A DNA stretch of 64,000 nucleotides from an uncultured Opitutia bacterium (GTDB taxonomy: Bacteria; Verrucomicrobiota; Verrucomicrobiia; Opitutales; Opitutaceae). This document shows positions 9,006 through 18,346 of this stretch, one piece after another (within the stretch, counting starts at the first letter, position 1; the number at the start of each line of letters is the position of its first letter). Both the position numbers and the translations under genes were made by a program. The notes beneath the pieces were generated by a model, which did no database searches, was not told the DNA's origin, and worked only from the letters and a program-made list of their open reading frames with translations. Where the stretch lies: contig CAIONS010000013.1 in the NCBI GenBank assembly GCA_903859715.1, forward strand, positions 13,549 through 77,548, read 5' to 3'.

Positions 9006-9985
9006 GCCGGTACTCCGGGGGTCCTGACCGGTTTCAGCTGCACGAGGACATTGGCCGCGGTGATCAGGCCGCCGCCGATCAGTAGATTCGTCCCCATCGT
9101 CTCGTTGGCATAGCCGACTGCACTCCACGCGGCGAACCACGCCGGCAGAAACATCGCCATCACCGCGGTGAACACCGGCTCGGAACAATAGAGCAGCCCC
9201 GCCTCCGTCGCCGACATCCGCGGCTGCCACACGTTCATGATCGTGAAGGACCCGAGCGTGCACAGGGTCGTGAGCACCAGGGTGTACCCGAGCCAGGATC
9301 CGTTACCCAGCAGCGGACGCAGGTTCACGCCGGCCGGCGCGACAAGGAAGCCCAGCCCCGCCGCCGCGACGGCCATGACGGCAAACATGATGATCGTGAC
9401 CGGCAGCGCCCGGTTGCCGGAAAATTCCCCGCGCTCCAGCCACAGGATCTGGCCCATGAAGAAGACGGAGCCGACCAGCGTTTCCAGTTCGCCGCGCCCC
9501 AGCTTCAGGTCGTGCCAGTCCAGCCGCGCCAGCACCGCCACGCCGGCCAGTACGAGTCCGCAGCTGACCCACACCGTCCAAGGCGGCAGCAGCCGGGCAC
9601 GCAGGGCGAGCCAGACCGGGATCATGATCGCGTAAAACTGGGTAAGGAACGCCGAGGTGGAGGCCGAGGTGAGCTGCAGCCCGTCATTCTGGAATGTCAT
9701 GCCCGCCATGGCGAACAACCCCAGGCCGAGGCCCTGCCGCCATTCGCTCCGCATCAGCGTGCGCAGCATCCGCCGGCACAGGACCGCCAGCACCAGCGCG
9801 CCGAGCGCAAACCGCGGCAGCAGCGTGCACGCAGTGATGAACCACGTGCCGCTGCCCGGCACCAGCCGCACCTGGAGCAGCGCCATGGTCTTGATCAGCG
9901 GGAAGCTCACGCCCCAGAGCAGGTTCGCCAGCAGCAACATCCAGATGGCCTGTCGGTGCTGCGCCGGAGTGGTGGGGTTCATCAA
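9002..9985 (-). CDS. DMT/EamA-family transporter (upstream paralog)
   Basis: 327 aa. It aligns by eye with the downstream gene (e.g. FQNDGLQLTSASTSAFLTQFYAIMIPVW vs LQNDGLQRTTAATTAFLTQFYVILIPLW). Confidence 0.8.
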   Translation of the reverse strand: MMNPTTPAQHRQAIWMLLLANLLWGVSFPLIKTMALLQVRLVPGSGTWFITACTLLPRFALGALVLAVLCRRMLRTLMRSEWRQGLGLGLFAMAGMTFQNDGLQLTSASTSAFLTQFYAIMIPVWLALRARLLPPWTVWVSCGLVLAGVAVLARLDWHDLKLGRGELETLVGSVFFMGQILWLERGEFSGNRALPVTIIMFAVMAVAAAGLGFLVAPAGVNLRPLLGNGSWLGYTLVLTTLCTLGSFTIMNVWQPRMSATEAGLLYCSEPVFTAVMAMFLPAWFAAWSAVGYANETMGTNLLIGGGLITAANVLVQLKPVRTPGVPA

Positions 9986-10086
9986 GAACCGTGCAGCGTG
10001 GTGGCCGCCCCAACTGCCGCCAAGCGAATTGGCGCGCCGCGGGATTGCACCGCTCCGGGGGCTCGCCAGACTGCCGCCACCCCACG

Positions 10087-11349
10087 ATGAAAAAGCCGCT
10101 GGTCTTTCTCACCCTCTCCCTCGCGGCCAATGCCGCCCTGATCGTCACTTTCGCCGTCCGTCACTTGGGCCCCACTTCCATCGCACTTGACGCCGTGCCG
10201 GCAGGCGCGGCAGCCGCTTCGGTCCCGGTGCGCGATGCCTCGGGCACCGGCCTTTCGCCCGCTGACGCCGGCGCCCTCAAGCGCAGCGGCGAGCTCATCG
10301 CAGGCGGAGGAGATCTGCATACGCTCGTCGCACGGCTGCGCGCCGCGGGCTTTCCCCCGGCGATTGTCCGTGGCATCATCATGGCGCAGGTGTCCGAGCA
10401 GTTCGGCCTCCGCCGCAAGGCCGCGGTCGCCCATCAGGAAGCGGTGCCCTACTGGAAATATTCCCCTAGCGGCTCGTTCCCCTACGATCCGAAGGCCGGC
10501 AATGAAATCGCCGCCCTGGGCCGGGAGCAGACGGCGCTCGTCAAGGAACTGCTCGGCCCCGACGCGGCCGCGCCTGATGCCTGGTCGCAGCTGATCCGGC
10601 AGCGCAAGTACGGCGATCTGACCCAGGATAAAATCGACCGCTTGGAAAACATCACCAGCGACTACACCGATCTGCGCAATCAGGTCGCAGGCGACGCCCG
10701 CGGCATTTTCCTCCCGGAGGACCAGCAGAAAATGGCACTGCTCGAGCGGGAGCAACGTGCGGACATCGTCAAGCTCTTCACCCCGGAGGAACTGGAGGAC
10801 TACGATCTGCGGAACAGCAACACGGCCGGAGGCCTCCGCCACCAACTCGCCGCCTTCAATCCGACCGAGGAGGAATTCCGCACCATTTTTGAACTCACCC
10901 AGGCCGCCCAGTCGGCGAACGGAGCTGCTTCCGGACTCGTTATCAACGGGCCGGGCAACGCCAACCAGCAGGCAGCGCAGAGCCAGCTCCAGGCCGCCAT
11001 CGCCGCGGCCCTTGGGCCGGCCCGGGCTGCCGAATACCAGCAGGCGATCAATCCCGCCTATCAGCAGGTCAACCAGCTGCTGACCCGGCTCGAACTGCCG
11101 GCCTCCATCGCGCCGCAGATTGTGTCCGTTCAACAGGACATCCAGCAACGGGCCAATGCCATTCAACAAGACCAGAGCCTGTCCGCAGACGATCGCACCA
11201 CTCAGCTGGCCGCCCTCGCGCAGGAAGCCCAGACCACGCTGACCTCTGCCATGGGCGCACGCGGTTACGAGGCCTACAAGAGTTACGGCGGCTGGTGGGT
11301 GAACAACCTGACGCGCCGCCCGGCGCCCAAGATGCCGCCACGAAATTAG
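10087..11349 (+). CDS. membrane-anchored hypothetical protein with internal helical Glu/Gln-rich repeats
   Basis: ORF 9991-11349. ATG at 10087 gives MKKPLVFLTLSLAANAALIVTFAV (signal/anchor). Repeated segments include TPEELEDYDLRNS and NPTEEEFRTIFELTQ. No family recognised. Confidence 0.6.
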   Translation: MKKPLVFLTLSLAANAALIVTFAVRHLGPTSIALDAVPAGAAAASVPVRDASGTGLSPADAGALKRSGELIAGGGDLHTLVARLRAAGFPPAIVRGIIMAQVSEQFGLRRKAAVAHQEAVPYWKYSPSGSFPYDPKAGNEIAALGREQTALVKELLGPDAAAPDAWSQLIRQRKYGDLTQDKIDRLENITSDYTDLRNQVAGDARGIFLPEDQQKMALLEREQRADIVKLFTPEELEDYDLRNSNTAGGLRHQLAAFNPTEEEFRTIFELTQAAQSANGAASGLVINGPGNANQQAAQSQLQAAIAAALGPARAAEYQQAINPAYQQVNQLLTRLELPASIAPQIVSVQQDIQQRANAIQQDQSLSADDRTTQLAALAQEAQTTLTSAMGARGYEAYKSYGGWWVNNLTRRPAPKMPPRN

Positions 11350-13934
11350 CTGCCTCCGCGAACGCGGCGCGCGATGGCGAACCGCTCCAGCGCCACGCGC
11401 AGTTCCGGCATCGACACGGGCTTCACGAGATAATCGTTCGCCCCCATCTCAAGCGTGCGATCCTTCTGGTCGTTGCGCGCATCCGCCGTGAGGGCAGCGA
11501 TCCAGACGTTCTTGGTGGCCTCGCCCGCCCGGCCCGCCCGGATCTGCTTGATAGCCGTCACGCCATCGACCTCCGGCATGTACAGGTCCATGAGCACGAG
11601 ATCGAAAGGCTTGCGGGCAAGTTCCTGCAGCGCAACGCGGCCGTTTTCCGCCTTGGTCCAGCGGCAGCCGAGGGCCATGAGCTGCTTCTGCATCAGCAGG
11701 CGGTTCACGGGATCGTCCTCGACCAGCAGGACATTCAGGTCAGTGGAACTCCGCTTCGGCTGGACCACCACCGGGGTTTCCGCCACGGCGGCCAGCACCG
11801 AGTAAAGCGCGTCCTGGTGCAGGGGCTTGTTGAGCAGCAGCCGGAAATGAGTGCGCAACGCCGAACGCGCCGCGCTCGGCATCGCCAGCGGCACGAGTCC
11901 AAACACCCGCTCCGGGGGCAGCTCGGGCGACGGCTGCGTCTCGGCCGCCAGCTCGGCAATCCGCGCCGGATCCAGGTCCATCAGCGCCACATCCCAGTCG
12001 GGCGTGGCGGCGAGGAGGCCGGGCGTCGTTTCCACAAGCTTCACCCCGAAGCGCCGGCCGAGGCGCACAAGTTCGGCCCGCAGTGGGCCCTCGGGCGCCG
12101 CGACCGCCAGCCGCAGGCTCTCGAGCTGCGCGAGCGGCTTGCGGTCCATGACCACGGGATTCGGGTCCACGGCGATGGTGAATGAAAAGGTCGACCCCTG
12201 GCCCACCTCGCTCTTGAGGAAAACCTGTCCGCCCATCAGCTCGACGATGTTCTTGCAGATCGCAAGGCCAAGGCCGGTGCCGCCATGGCGGCGCGTCAGC
12301 GCATGATCGAGCTGGGTAAAGGGCTTGAAGAGCTGCGCGTGCTGGTTCGGCGGGATGCCGATGCCGGTGTCGCGCACGGAAAAGATCAGCTTGGTGTTGC
12401 CGCGCGCGTCGATCATGGGGCCGCGTTCGGCGCGGACGCGGACCTCGACCTCGCCCTGGGCGGTGAACGTGACGGCGTTTTTCACGAGGTTGATCAGCAC
12501 CTGCCGCAGCCGGTTGCCGTCCGCAAAAATCACCGCCGGCACCGAGTCATCAATCCAGTGGAGCAGCTCGATGCCCTTGGCGCCGGCTTTCGTGGCGACC
12601 AGGTCGAGCGCATCCTCCACACACTCGCGCGGGGAGCACGGCAGCGGGTCGAGCTGGAGCTTGCCGGACTCGATGCGGGCAAAATCCAGGATGTCACCGG
12701 TGAGCTGGATCAGGGCCTCGCTGCTCAGCTGGATAGTCTGGACGAATTCGCGCTGCTCGGGCGTGAGCGGCGTGTCGAGCAGCAGGCTGGTGAAGCCGAT
12801 GATGCCGTTGAGCGGCGTGCGCACCTCATGGCTCATGGTGGCGAGGAACTGGCTCTTCGCGGTTTCGCCCGCCTCGGCGCGGTCCTTCGACTCGCGCAGC
12901 ACTGTCTCCGTCTGCTTGATCTCCGTCATGTCATCAAACGTCGCGATGAAACAGGCCAGCTTGCCGTTGCGCCGCTTCACCGGGGTGAACGCCCCGCGCA
13001 CCGGATAGATCTTGCCGTCCCGGCGGCGGTTGTACCATTCGCCCGCCCAGGGGCGCCCGGTTTTGACCGCCATCACCAGGTCGGTCAGGTCCTGCGACGT
13101 CGCGTCCGCCACCTGAAAATTGCGCCAGCCATGCCCGATGAGGTCGCGGCGCTTGCAGCCGATCTGCTCGCAGAGCCCGCGGTTGGCGTACTCGATGTTG
13201 CCGTTCAAATCGATGATCATGACGGCGGCGCGGCTCTGCTCCACCGCCTCGGACAAATTGCGGATCGCCTCGCCCTGCTCGATCTCGCGGCGGACGATGA
13301 AGAAGCCCGCCAGCGGCAGACCGAGCAGCACCCACACGAACAGCGCCGGGCCGACCGTGGCCATGGCCAGGTCGCGGCGCCAGTGGGGCATGATGAAATT
13401 CACCGCGAGATAATCCCGGGGGGCCGCCGCCAGCGGCTTCGACCCGATGGGGGCAAATCCGGTCAGCAGGGTGCCTTTGTCCGTCCGACCCGGTCCGTCC
13501 ATCGCCGCCTCACCCGTGCGCAGCCGGGTCTGCAAGTCCGGCCGCACATCCGGGAACGTGTAGGCGTCGCCCGGCAGCGCCGGGTCGGCCGCATCCCCGG
13601 GCGTGGAATCCGCCAGCATGATCGCCTTGTTCCGCGCCGGCAGGTAGCGGAAAATCCAAGCCGACGACACCTTGCCATCCGTCTCCTGAAAGCGCCGCAG
13701 CCGGGCCTTGAGCGAGGCATAGGCCGCGCCCTTCACATCGTCGCGCGTACCGGTCAGCCCGGACAGGTCCGCCGCCTGAAACGCCACCGCGCTGTGCCGT
13801 GCGTTATCCAGCATCGCGTCCAGCATCCCGTCCCGCGCCTGCAGGTAACCCAGATAGCCCGCCGTCAGACCCGCGAGCACGATGATGCCCATCAGCAGGC
13901 GGTCTTTAATTTTTCTCAGGCGGCGCGAATGCAT
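11346..13934 (-). CDS. hybrid sensor histidine kinase / response regulator (periplasmic sensor, PAS, HisKA, HATPase, pseudo-receiver, receiver)
   Basis: H-box [17 protein letters not shown] boxes [28 protein letters not shown]-terminal receiver [11 protein letters not shown]...[13 protein letters not shown]...LVKP. Confidence 0.9.
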   Translation of the reverse strand: MHSRRLRKIKDRLLMGIIVLAGLTAGYLGYLQARDGMLDAMLDNARHSAVAFQAADLSGLTGTRDDVKGAAYASLKARLRRFQETDGKVSSAWIFRYLPARNKAIMLADSTPGDAADPALPGDAYTFPDVRPDLQTRLRTGEAAMDGPGRTDKGTLLTGFAPIGSKPLAAAPRDYLAVNFIMPHWRRDLAMATVGPALFVWVLLGLPLAGFFIVRREIEQGEAIRNLSEAVEQSRAAVMIIDLNGNIEYANRGLCEQIGCKRRDLIGHGWRNFQVADATSQDLTDLVMAVKTGRPWAGEWYNRRRDGKIYPVRGAFTPVKRRNGKLACFIATFDDMTEIKQTETVLRESKDRAEAGETAKSQFLATMSHEVRTPLNGIIGFTSLLLDTPLTPEQREFVQTIQLSSEALIQLTGDILDFARIESGKLQLDPLPCSPRECVEDALDLVATKAGAKGIELLHWIDDSVPAVIFADGNRLRQVLINLVKNAVTFTAQGEVEVRVRAERGPMIDARGNTKLIFSVRDTGIGIPPNQHAQLFKPFTQLDHALTRRHGGTGLGLAICKNIVELMGGQVFLKSEVGQGSTFSFTIAVDPNPVVMDRKPLAQLESLRLAVAAPEGPLRAELVRLGRRFGVKLVETTPGLLAATPDWDVALMDLDPARIAELAAETQPSPELPPERVFGLVPLAMPSAARSALRTHFRLLLNKPLHQDALYSVLAAVAETPVVVQPKRSSTDLNVLLVEDDPVNRLLMQKQLMALGCRWTKAENGRVALQELARKPFDLVLMDLYMPEVDGVTAIKQIRAGRAGEATKNVWIAALTADARNDQKDRTLEMGANDYLVKPVSMPELRVALERFAIARRVRGGS

Positions 13935-14025
13935 GCGGGGTTCAACGGGACAATGGGCGCCACTAAACGATTCCCCGCCGGAGCGCGCAACCCTGAAGGG
14001 GCCGCCGGCGGCGGCCGGCGGACAT

Positions 14026-14054
14026 AAAAAAACCGCCGCGATTGCTCGCGGCGG
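14026..14054 (-). terminator. rho-independent terminator of the SWIB gene
   Basis: Minus strand: CCGCCGCG-agcaat-CGCGGCGG followed by TTTTTTT. Located 21 nt after the stop. Confidence 0.8.
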
Positions 14055-14074
14055 TTTTGAAAAGCAAACGACGT

Positions 14075-14344
14075 TTAGGAAACGTGGCCCGAGACGAGCT
14101 TGGTCATCTCGAACATGCTGACCTTGGTCTTGCCATTGAAGACGGCCTTGAGGGCGTCATCGGCATTGATCTGCGTGCGGACCTTCTTGTCCTGCAGGCC
14201 ATTCTTCTTGATGTAGGCCCAGAGCTTCTTGGTGAGCTCCGTGCGGGGCAGCGGCGACGAGCCGACGACAGCAGCAAGTTTGGCGTCAGGTGTGACGGGT
14301 TTCATGAACGCGGCGTTCGGTTTGCGAGCGGTTTTTTTAGCCAT
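14075..14344 (-). CDS. SWIB/MDM2 domain-containing protein
   Basis: ORF 14075-14455. ATG at 14344 gives 89 aa: MAKKTARKPNAAFMKPVTPDAKLAAVVGSSPLPRTELTKKLWAYIKKNGLQDKK...INADDALKAVFNGK, a typical SWIB fold signature. Confidence 0.85.
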   Translation of the reverse strand: MAKKTARKPNAAFMKPVTPDAKLAAVVGSSPLPRTELTKKLWAYIKKNGLQDKKVRTQINADDALKAVFNGKTKVSMFEMTKLVSGHVS

Positions 14345-14468
14345 AATGATTGTGGGTTTAGGGTGCTGTACAGTTGATAGCAACGTCTTTCTAGAGGGAA
14401 AAACGGGGGTTTGCCTAGGAGAATTTTGAGAAATCTCGGGCGCGCCACCGCGCACGCCGATCGGGAAA

Positions 14469-14559
14469 GTTGAAGGCGAAGGGTTGAAAGTTGAAAGAAC
14501 GGGCGGGAAATTTCCCGGCGGCCTCGGTCACTTTCAACGTTCAACTTTCACCTTTCAAC
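14469..14559. repeat. GTTGAA(A/G)G repeat array forming a long imperfect hairpin
   Basis: Three forward copies (14469-14497), three to four inverted copies (14531-14559) and a perfect core palindrome cgggaaatttcccg (14504-14517). Begins 15 nt after the stop of the ABC exporter gene. Confidence 0.8.
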
Positions 14560-14573
14560 CGCCCCGCTCCGGC

Positions 14574-16415
14574 TCACGCATTTTCGTCGACCTGCACGAA
14601 TTGCTCGTACAACGCCGCATACCGCCCGCGTTGCGCGAGCAATTCCTGATGCGTGCCGCGCTCGATGATCCGCCCCTGGTCGAGCACGAGCACGAGATCC
14701 GCGTGGCGGATCGTACTGAGGCGGTGCGCAACGACAAAGCTCGTGCGGCCGCGCAGCAATTCGACGAGGGCCTTCTGCAGGCGCGACTCCGTCAACGCGT
14801 CGATCGCACTGGTCGCTTCGTCAAGAATGACGAGCCGCGGGTCCGCCAGCAGCGCGCGGGTGAAACAAACGAGCTGGCGTTGTCCGACCGACAGGCCCGC
14901 GCCGCGTTCGCCGATTTCCGTCGCGAAGCCCTGCGGCAGCGCCTCGAGGATATCGAGGCAGTCGAGCCGCCGCGCCGCGTCGCGCACCTCGGCGTCGGTG
15001 GCGCCGGGTTTGGACAGCTTGATGTTTTCCAGCACGGTGCCGGTGAAGAGGAAATTTTGCTGCTGCACCATGCCCATCTGCCGGTGCAACGAGTGACTCG
15101 TGATCGTGCGGATCTCCCGGCCGTCAAGGAGGAGCTCGCCGCCGGTCGGCAGGTAAAATTTGGAAACGAGATTGATGATCGAGCTCTTGCCGCTGCCCGT
15201 GTGGCCCACGAGCGCGATGGTCTGGCCCGGCAGGGCCGTGAAATTCACGTCGTGCAGCACCGGCCGCGCGGAATCATAGCCGAAGGTAAGATGGCGGAAC
15301 TCCACGCGCAGGCCCGCGCCGGGCGTCGCGGGCAGCCCGGTCGCGGCGGGATCATCCTCCCAATCGGGCTTGGCATCGATCAGCCAGAAAACCCGCTCGG
15401 CTCCGGCCATGGCGGTCAGCGCCTGATTGTACTGGTTGCCGATGGTCGCGATCGGCGAGAAGAAAACATTGGCCTGGAAAAAGAACTGGATGAGCGCGTT
15501 GACGGTCATGTAACCGTGGAACACCCGCCAGCCGCCCAGCAGCAGCAGCACCGCGATAAAAAACTGGCTATTCAATTCCAGCAGCGGCGTGAGGATCGCC
15601 GAGGTGCGGGCCTGCTCGATGTTGTAGCGCGAGTGGTCCGCCAGCAGCGTGCGGAAAAGCCCGAGGTTGGTCTCCTGCCGCACAAAGCCCTGCGTCACGC
15701 GCATGCCGTTGACCGACTCCGCCAGCGTGGAGGTCACGCGGCTGAAACTCTCCTGCGCGGCGCGATTGAGCTGGCTCAGCCGCATCCGGAAATGGTTGTT
15801 CACGAACCAGAGGACCGGCGCCATCGCGGCCACGACGAGAAACAGCACCCAGTCGTAATAGGCCATCACGGCGCCGGCAAACACCATGGTGCCACCCTGG
15901 ATGATGCAGACGAAGAGCACGTCCTGGATGCCGGTGCGCACGGTTTCCACGTCCGTGGTCACGCGACTGATGATCCGGCCGATTTTTGTCCGGTGAAAAA
16001 AACTCATCGGCATCGATTGCATCCGGTCGAAAATCGCCAGGCGCAGCGCCGTCACGACCTCTTCGCCCAGCTCGAGGGCGAACCGCTGCCGGAAATGGAA
16101 CATGCCGTCGGTGACGATCGCCAGCACGCCATAGGCCACCACCGCCCACGGCAGGAGGCCGATTTCGTTTTTCGCGATGATGTTGCCGATGATGTAAGCC
16201 ATCGCGGACGTGATCGCGGGAACCTGCATCGCGCGGATCAGCGTCAGGACCACGAGCACGTTGCGCTTCATCGCGAACGGCTGCGTGTAAGTGAAAAGCC
16301 GGCGGATCAGGCCCCACTCGAGCGGCTTGACCAGTTCCTCGCCTTCGTCGTCGTCCGAGTCGCGGCGGGTCAGCCCGATCGCGCTGACCTTCGGGGGCTT
16401 CGGGAGTTTTTTCAT
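14574..16415 (-). CDS. ABC exporter, fused permease/ATPase subunit (consensus Walker B, degenerate signature)
   Basis: 613 aa with 6 TM + NBD. Walker A GHTGSGKSS, signature LSVGQRQ (non-canonical), Walker B LVILDEATSAID, H-loop VAHRLST. Confidence 0.9.
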   Translation of the reverse strand: MKKLPKPPKVSAIGLTRRDSDDDEGEELVKPLEWGLIRRLFTYTQPFAMKRNVLVVLTLIRAMQVPAITSAMAYIIGNIIAKNEIGLLPWAVVAYGVLAIVTDGMFHFRQRFALELGEEVVTALRLAIFDRMQSMPMSFFHRTKIGRIISRVTTDVETVRTGIQDVLFVCIIQGGTMVFAGAVMAYYDWVLFLVVAAMAPVLWFVNNHFRMRLSQLNRAAQESFSRVTSTLAESVNGMRVTQGFVRQETNLGLFRTLLADHSRYNIEQARTSAILTPLLELNSQFFIAVLLLLGGWRVFHGYMTVNALIQFFFQANVFFSPIATIGNQYNQALTAMAGAERVFWLIDAKPDWEDDPAATGLPATPGAGLRVEFRHLTFGYDSARPVLHDVNFTALPGQTIALVGHTGSGKSSIINLVSKFYLPTGGELLLDGREIRTITSHSLHRQMGMVQQQNFLFTGTVLENIKLSKPGATDAEVRDAARRLDCLDILEALPQGFATEIGERGAGLSVGQRQLVCFTRALLADPRLVILDEATSAIDALTESRLQKALVELLRGRTSFVVAHRLSTIRHADLVLVLDQGRIIERGTHQELLAQRGRYAALYEQFVQVDENA

Positions 16416-18283
16416 GGCGCGCCCCCCCTTGGCTTCAGCCGTTCGAGTTCGCTGCCATCCACCAGCTGCAGGCTGGCGACGTGGCGGTACGGGCCCGGCA
16501 CGCGCATGAGTTCCTCGTGCACGCCCTGCTGCACGATGCGGCCGTTCTCCATCACGATGATGAAGTCCGCGCGGCGCAGCGTGCTGAGCCGGTGCGCGAC
16601 AATGAACGTCGTGCGGCCCGCAATGGCGCGGTCGAGCGCCTCGAAAATTTCATGCTCGGTTTCGCTGTCGATTGCCGCCGTCGGGTCGTCGAGCAGCAGG
16701 ATCGCCGGCTCAAGCAAGACCGCGCGCGCAATGGCGAGTCGCTGGCGCTGTCCGCCCGAGAGCGTATTGCCGCTTTCGCCGAGCACGGTGTCGTAGCCCT
16801 TCGGCAGCTGCATGATGAAATCGTGCGCCGCGGCGATGCGCGCGGCCTTCTCAATCTGGGCCGGCGTTGCGTCGGGATGACCAAACGCGATGTTGGCCGC
16901 GACGGTGTTCGAGAACAAAAAGCTTTCCTGGAACACGAGGCCGATATTGCGGCGCAGGTCATCCAGCCGCAGGTGCCGCACGTCAATGCCATCCACGAGC
17001 AGCCGGCCCGCCGTCACGTCGTAAAAACGCGGGATCAAACTCATCAGCACGCTTTTGCCCGAGCCCGTCGCACCCAGGATCGCCACACATTGCCCGGGCT
17101 CGACGTTGAGGTTGATGCCGCGCAGCACCGGATCGATGCCGCTGTAGGAAAATTCCACCTTCTCGAAGCGCACCGCACCTTTCAGTTTCGGACACGGCAT
17201 GGCGTCAGGCGCGCTCTGCACCTCGACCGGCGCATCCATCACCTCGAACACGCGCCGCGCCCCAATCAGCGACTGCTGCACGGAGTTCACGACGCCCGCG
17301 ATGTTGTTCACCTGGCCGGAAAACTGCTCGAGCAGGCCGGCGAACACGACGAGGCCCGTGCCGAGCGGCAGCCGGCCGTGGATCACGAGCCAGCCGCCGT
17401 AGCTGAGCAGCACAATCATGTTCACGCGCTGCAAAATGCCGACTGCCGGCGTGAACAGGCTCAACCGCCAGAAGATGCCGAGCTGCTGGGTGTACACGGC
17501 GCGGTTGGAGGTGGCGAACTTCGCGCGGTTCTCCGCCTCCCGGCCGAAACCCTTGGTCACCGCGATGCCCTGGATGCTCTCGGCCAGATACTGCACCAGG
17601 CGTTCGACGAGCGTCCGGCTCTCCACGTAGGCCGGCTGGATTTTCTTGGAGAACCACAGCGACATGAACGCGAGCAACGGGGTGGTCGCGAGGCAGACGA
17701 CGGTCAGACCGGGGCTCAGGCTCGCCATGTAAATCAGGTAGACCGTCAGCGACACGGCCATGATCACGCTTTGAAACAGCACCTGGTCGAGAAACATGCG
17801 GACCGATTGCACGTCGCCGGTGACCCGCGTGATGATCGAGCCGGTGGAATTGGCGTCGAAGAAGCGAAAGCTCAGCTGCTGGAGCTTGTCGTAAATCACG
17901 GCGCGCAAATCAACGACGAGCTCCTGCTGCAGAAGAATGTTGATCGAGATCAGGTACGCGTAATTGAGCAGCGCGCGGCAGACGGCCAGGAACAGGATGA
18001 TGCCCGCCAGGACCGCGATGACCTGCAGCGGCGGCCAGTCATGCGGCAACGTCACGCCGAACTTGGCCTGCGGAAACACGCCGCCCTCCATGTGGTAGCG
18101 GATATAGTCGATGCCGAGACCCATCAAGGTGATGCCGAGCAAGCCCATGGTCAGCAGCACGAGCTGGATGCTCAGGACCTTGATGCACCCGAGCCGGTAA
18201 CGCCAGGTCAGTCCCAACAACCGCCGGATCAACACTCCATTGGAGTGGGTGGTGGCAGGAGTCGACGATGAGGCTGCAGACAT
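16412..18283 (-). CDS. ABC exporter, fused permease/ATPase subunit (degenerate Walker B, consensus signature)
   Basis: 623 aa. Walker A GATGSGKSV, signature LSGGQRQ, Walker B ILLLDDPTAAID (Asp replaces the catalytic Glu). ATGA overlap with the downstream subunit. Confidence 0.9.
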   Translation of the reverse strand: MSAASSSTPATTHSNGVLIRRLLGLTWRYRLGCIKVLSIQLVLLTMGLLGITLMGLGIDYIRYHMEGGVFPQAKFGVTLPHDWPPLQVIAVLAGIILFLAVCRALLNYAYLISINILLQQELVVDLRAVIYDKLQQLSFRFFDANSTGSIITRVTGDVQSVRMFLDQVLFQSVIMAVSLTVYLIYMASLSPGLTVVCLATTPLLAFMSLWFSKKIQPAYVESRTLVERLVQYLAESIQGIAVTKGFGREAENRAKFATSNRAVYTQQLGIFWRLSLFTPAVGILQRVNMIVLLSYGGWLVIHGRLPLGTGLVVFAGLLEQFSGQVNNIAGVVNSVQQSLIGARRVFEVMDAPVEVQSAPDAMPCPKLKGAVRFEKVEFSYSGIDPVLRGINLNVEPGQCVAILGATGSGKSVLMSLIPRFYDVTAGRLLVDGIDVRHLRLDDLRRNIGLVFQESFLFSNTVAANIAFGHPDATPAQIEKAARIAAAHDFIMQLPKGYDTVLGESGNTLSGGQRQRLAIARAVLLEPAILLLDDPTAAIDSETEHEIFEALDRAIAGRTTFIVAHRLSTLRRADFIIVMENGRIVQQGVHEELMRVPGPYRHVASLQLVDGSELERLKPRGGAP

Positions 18284-18346
18284 ACGGCCCTCACGCTAGA
18301 GCCGGTCCGCGCAAATACACGAAATTTTTTAACCGCCGGGCCGCCC

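Noticed and set aside
14469-14559. Short repeat clusters (here and at 55004-55070 and 1788-1885) as possible CRISPR arrays
   Set aside because: The repeats are only 7-13 nt, are partly inverted, and are not separated by regular unique spacers. No cas genes are present in the window.
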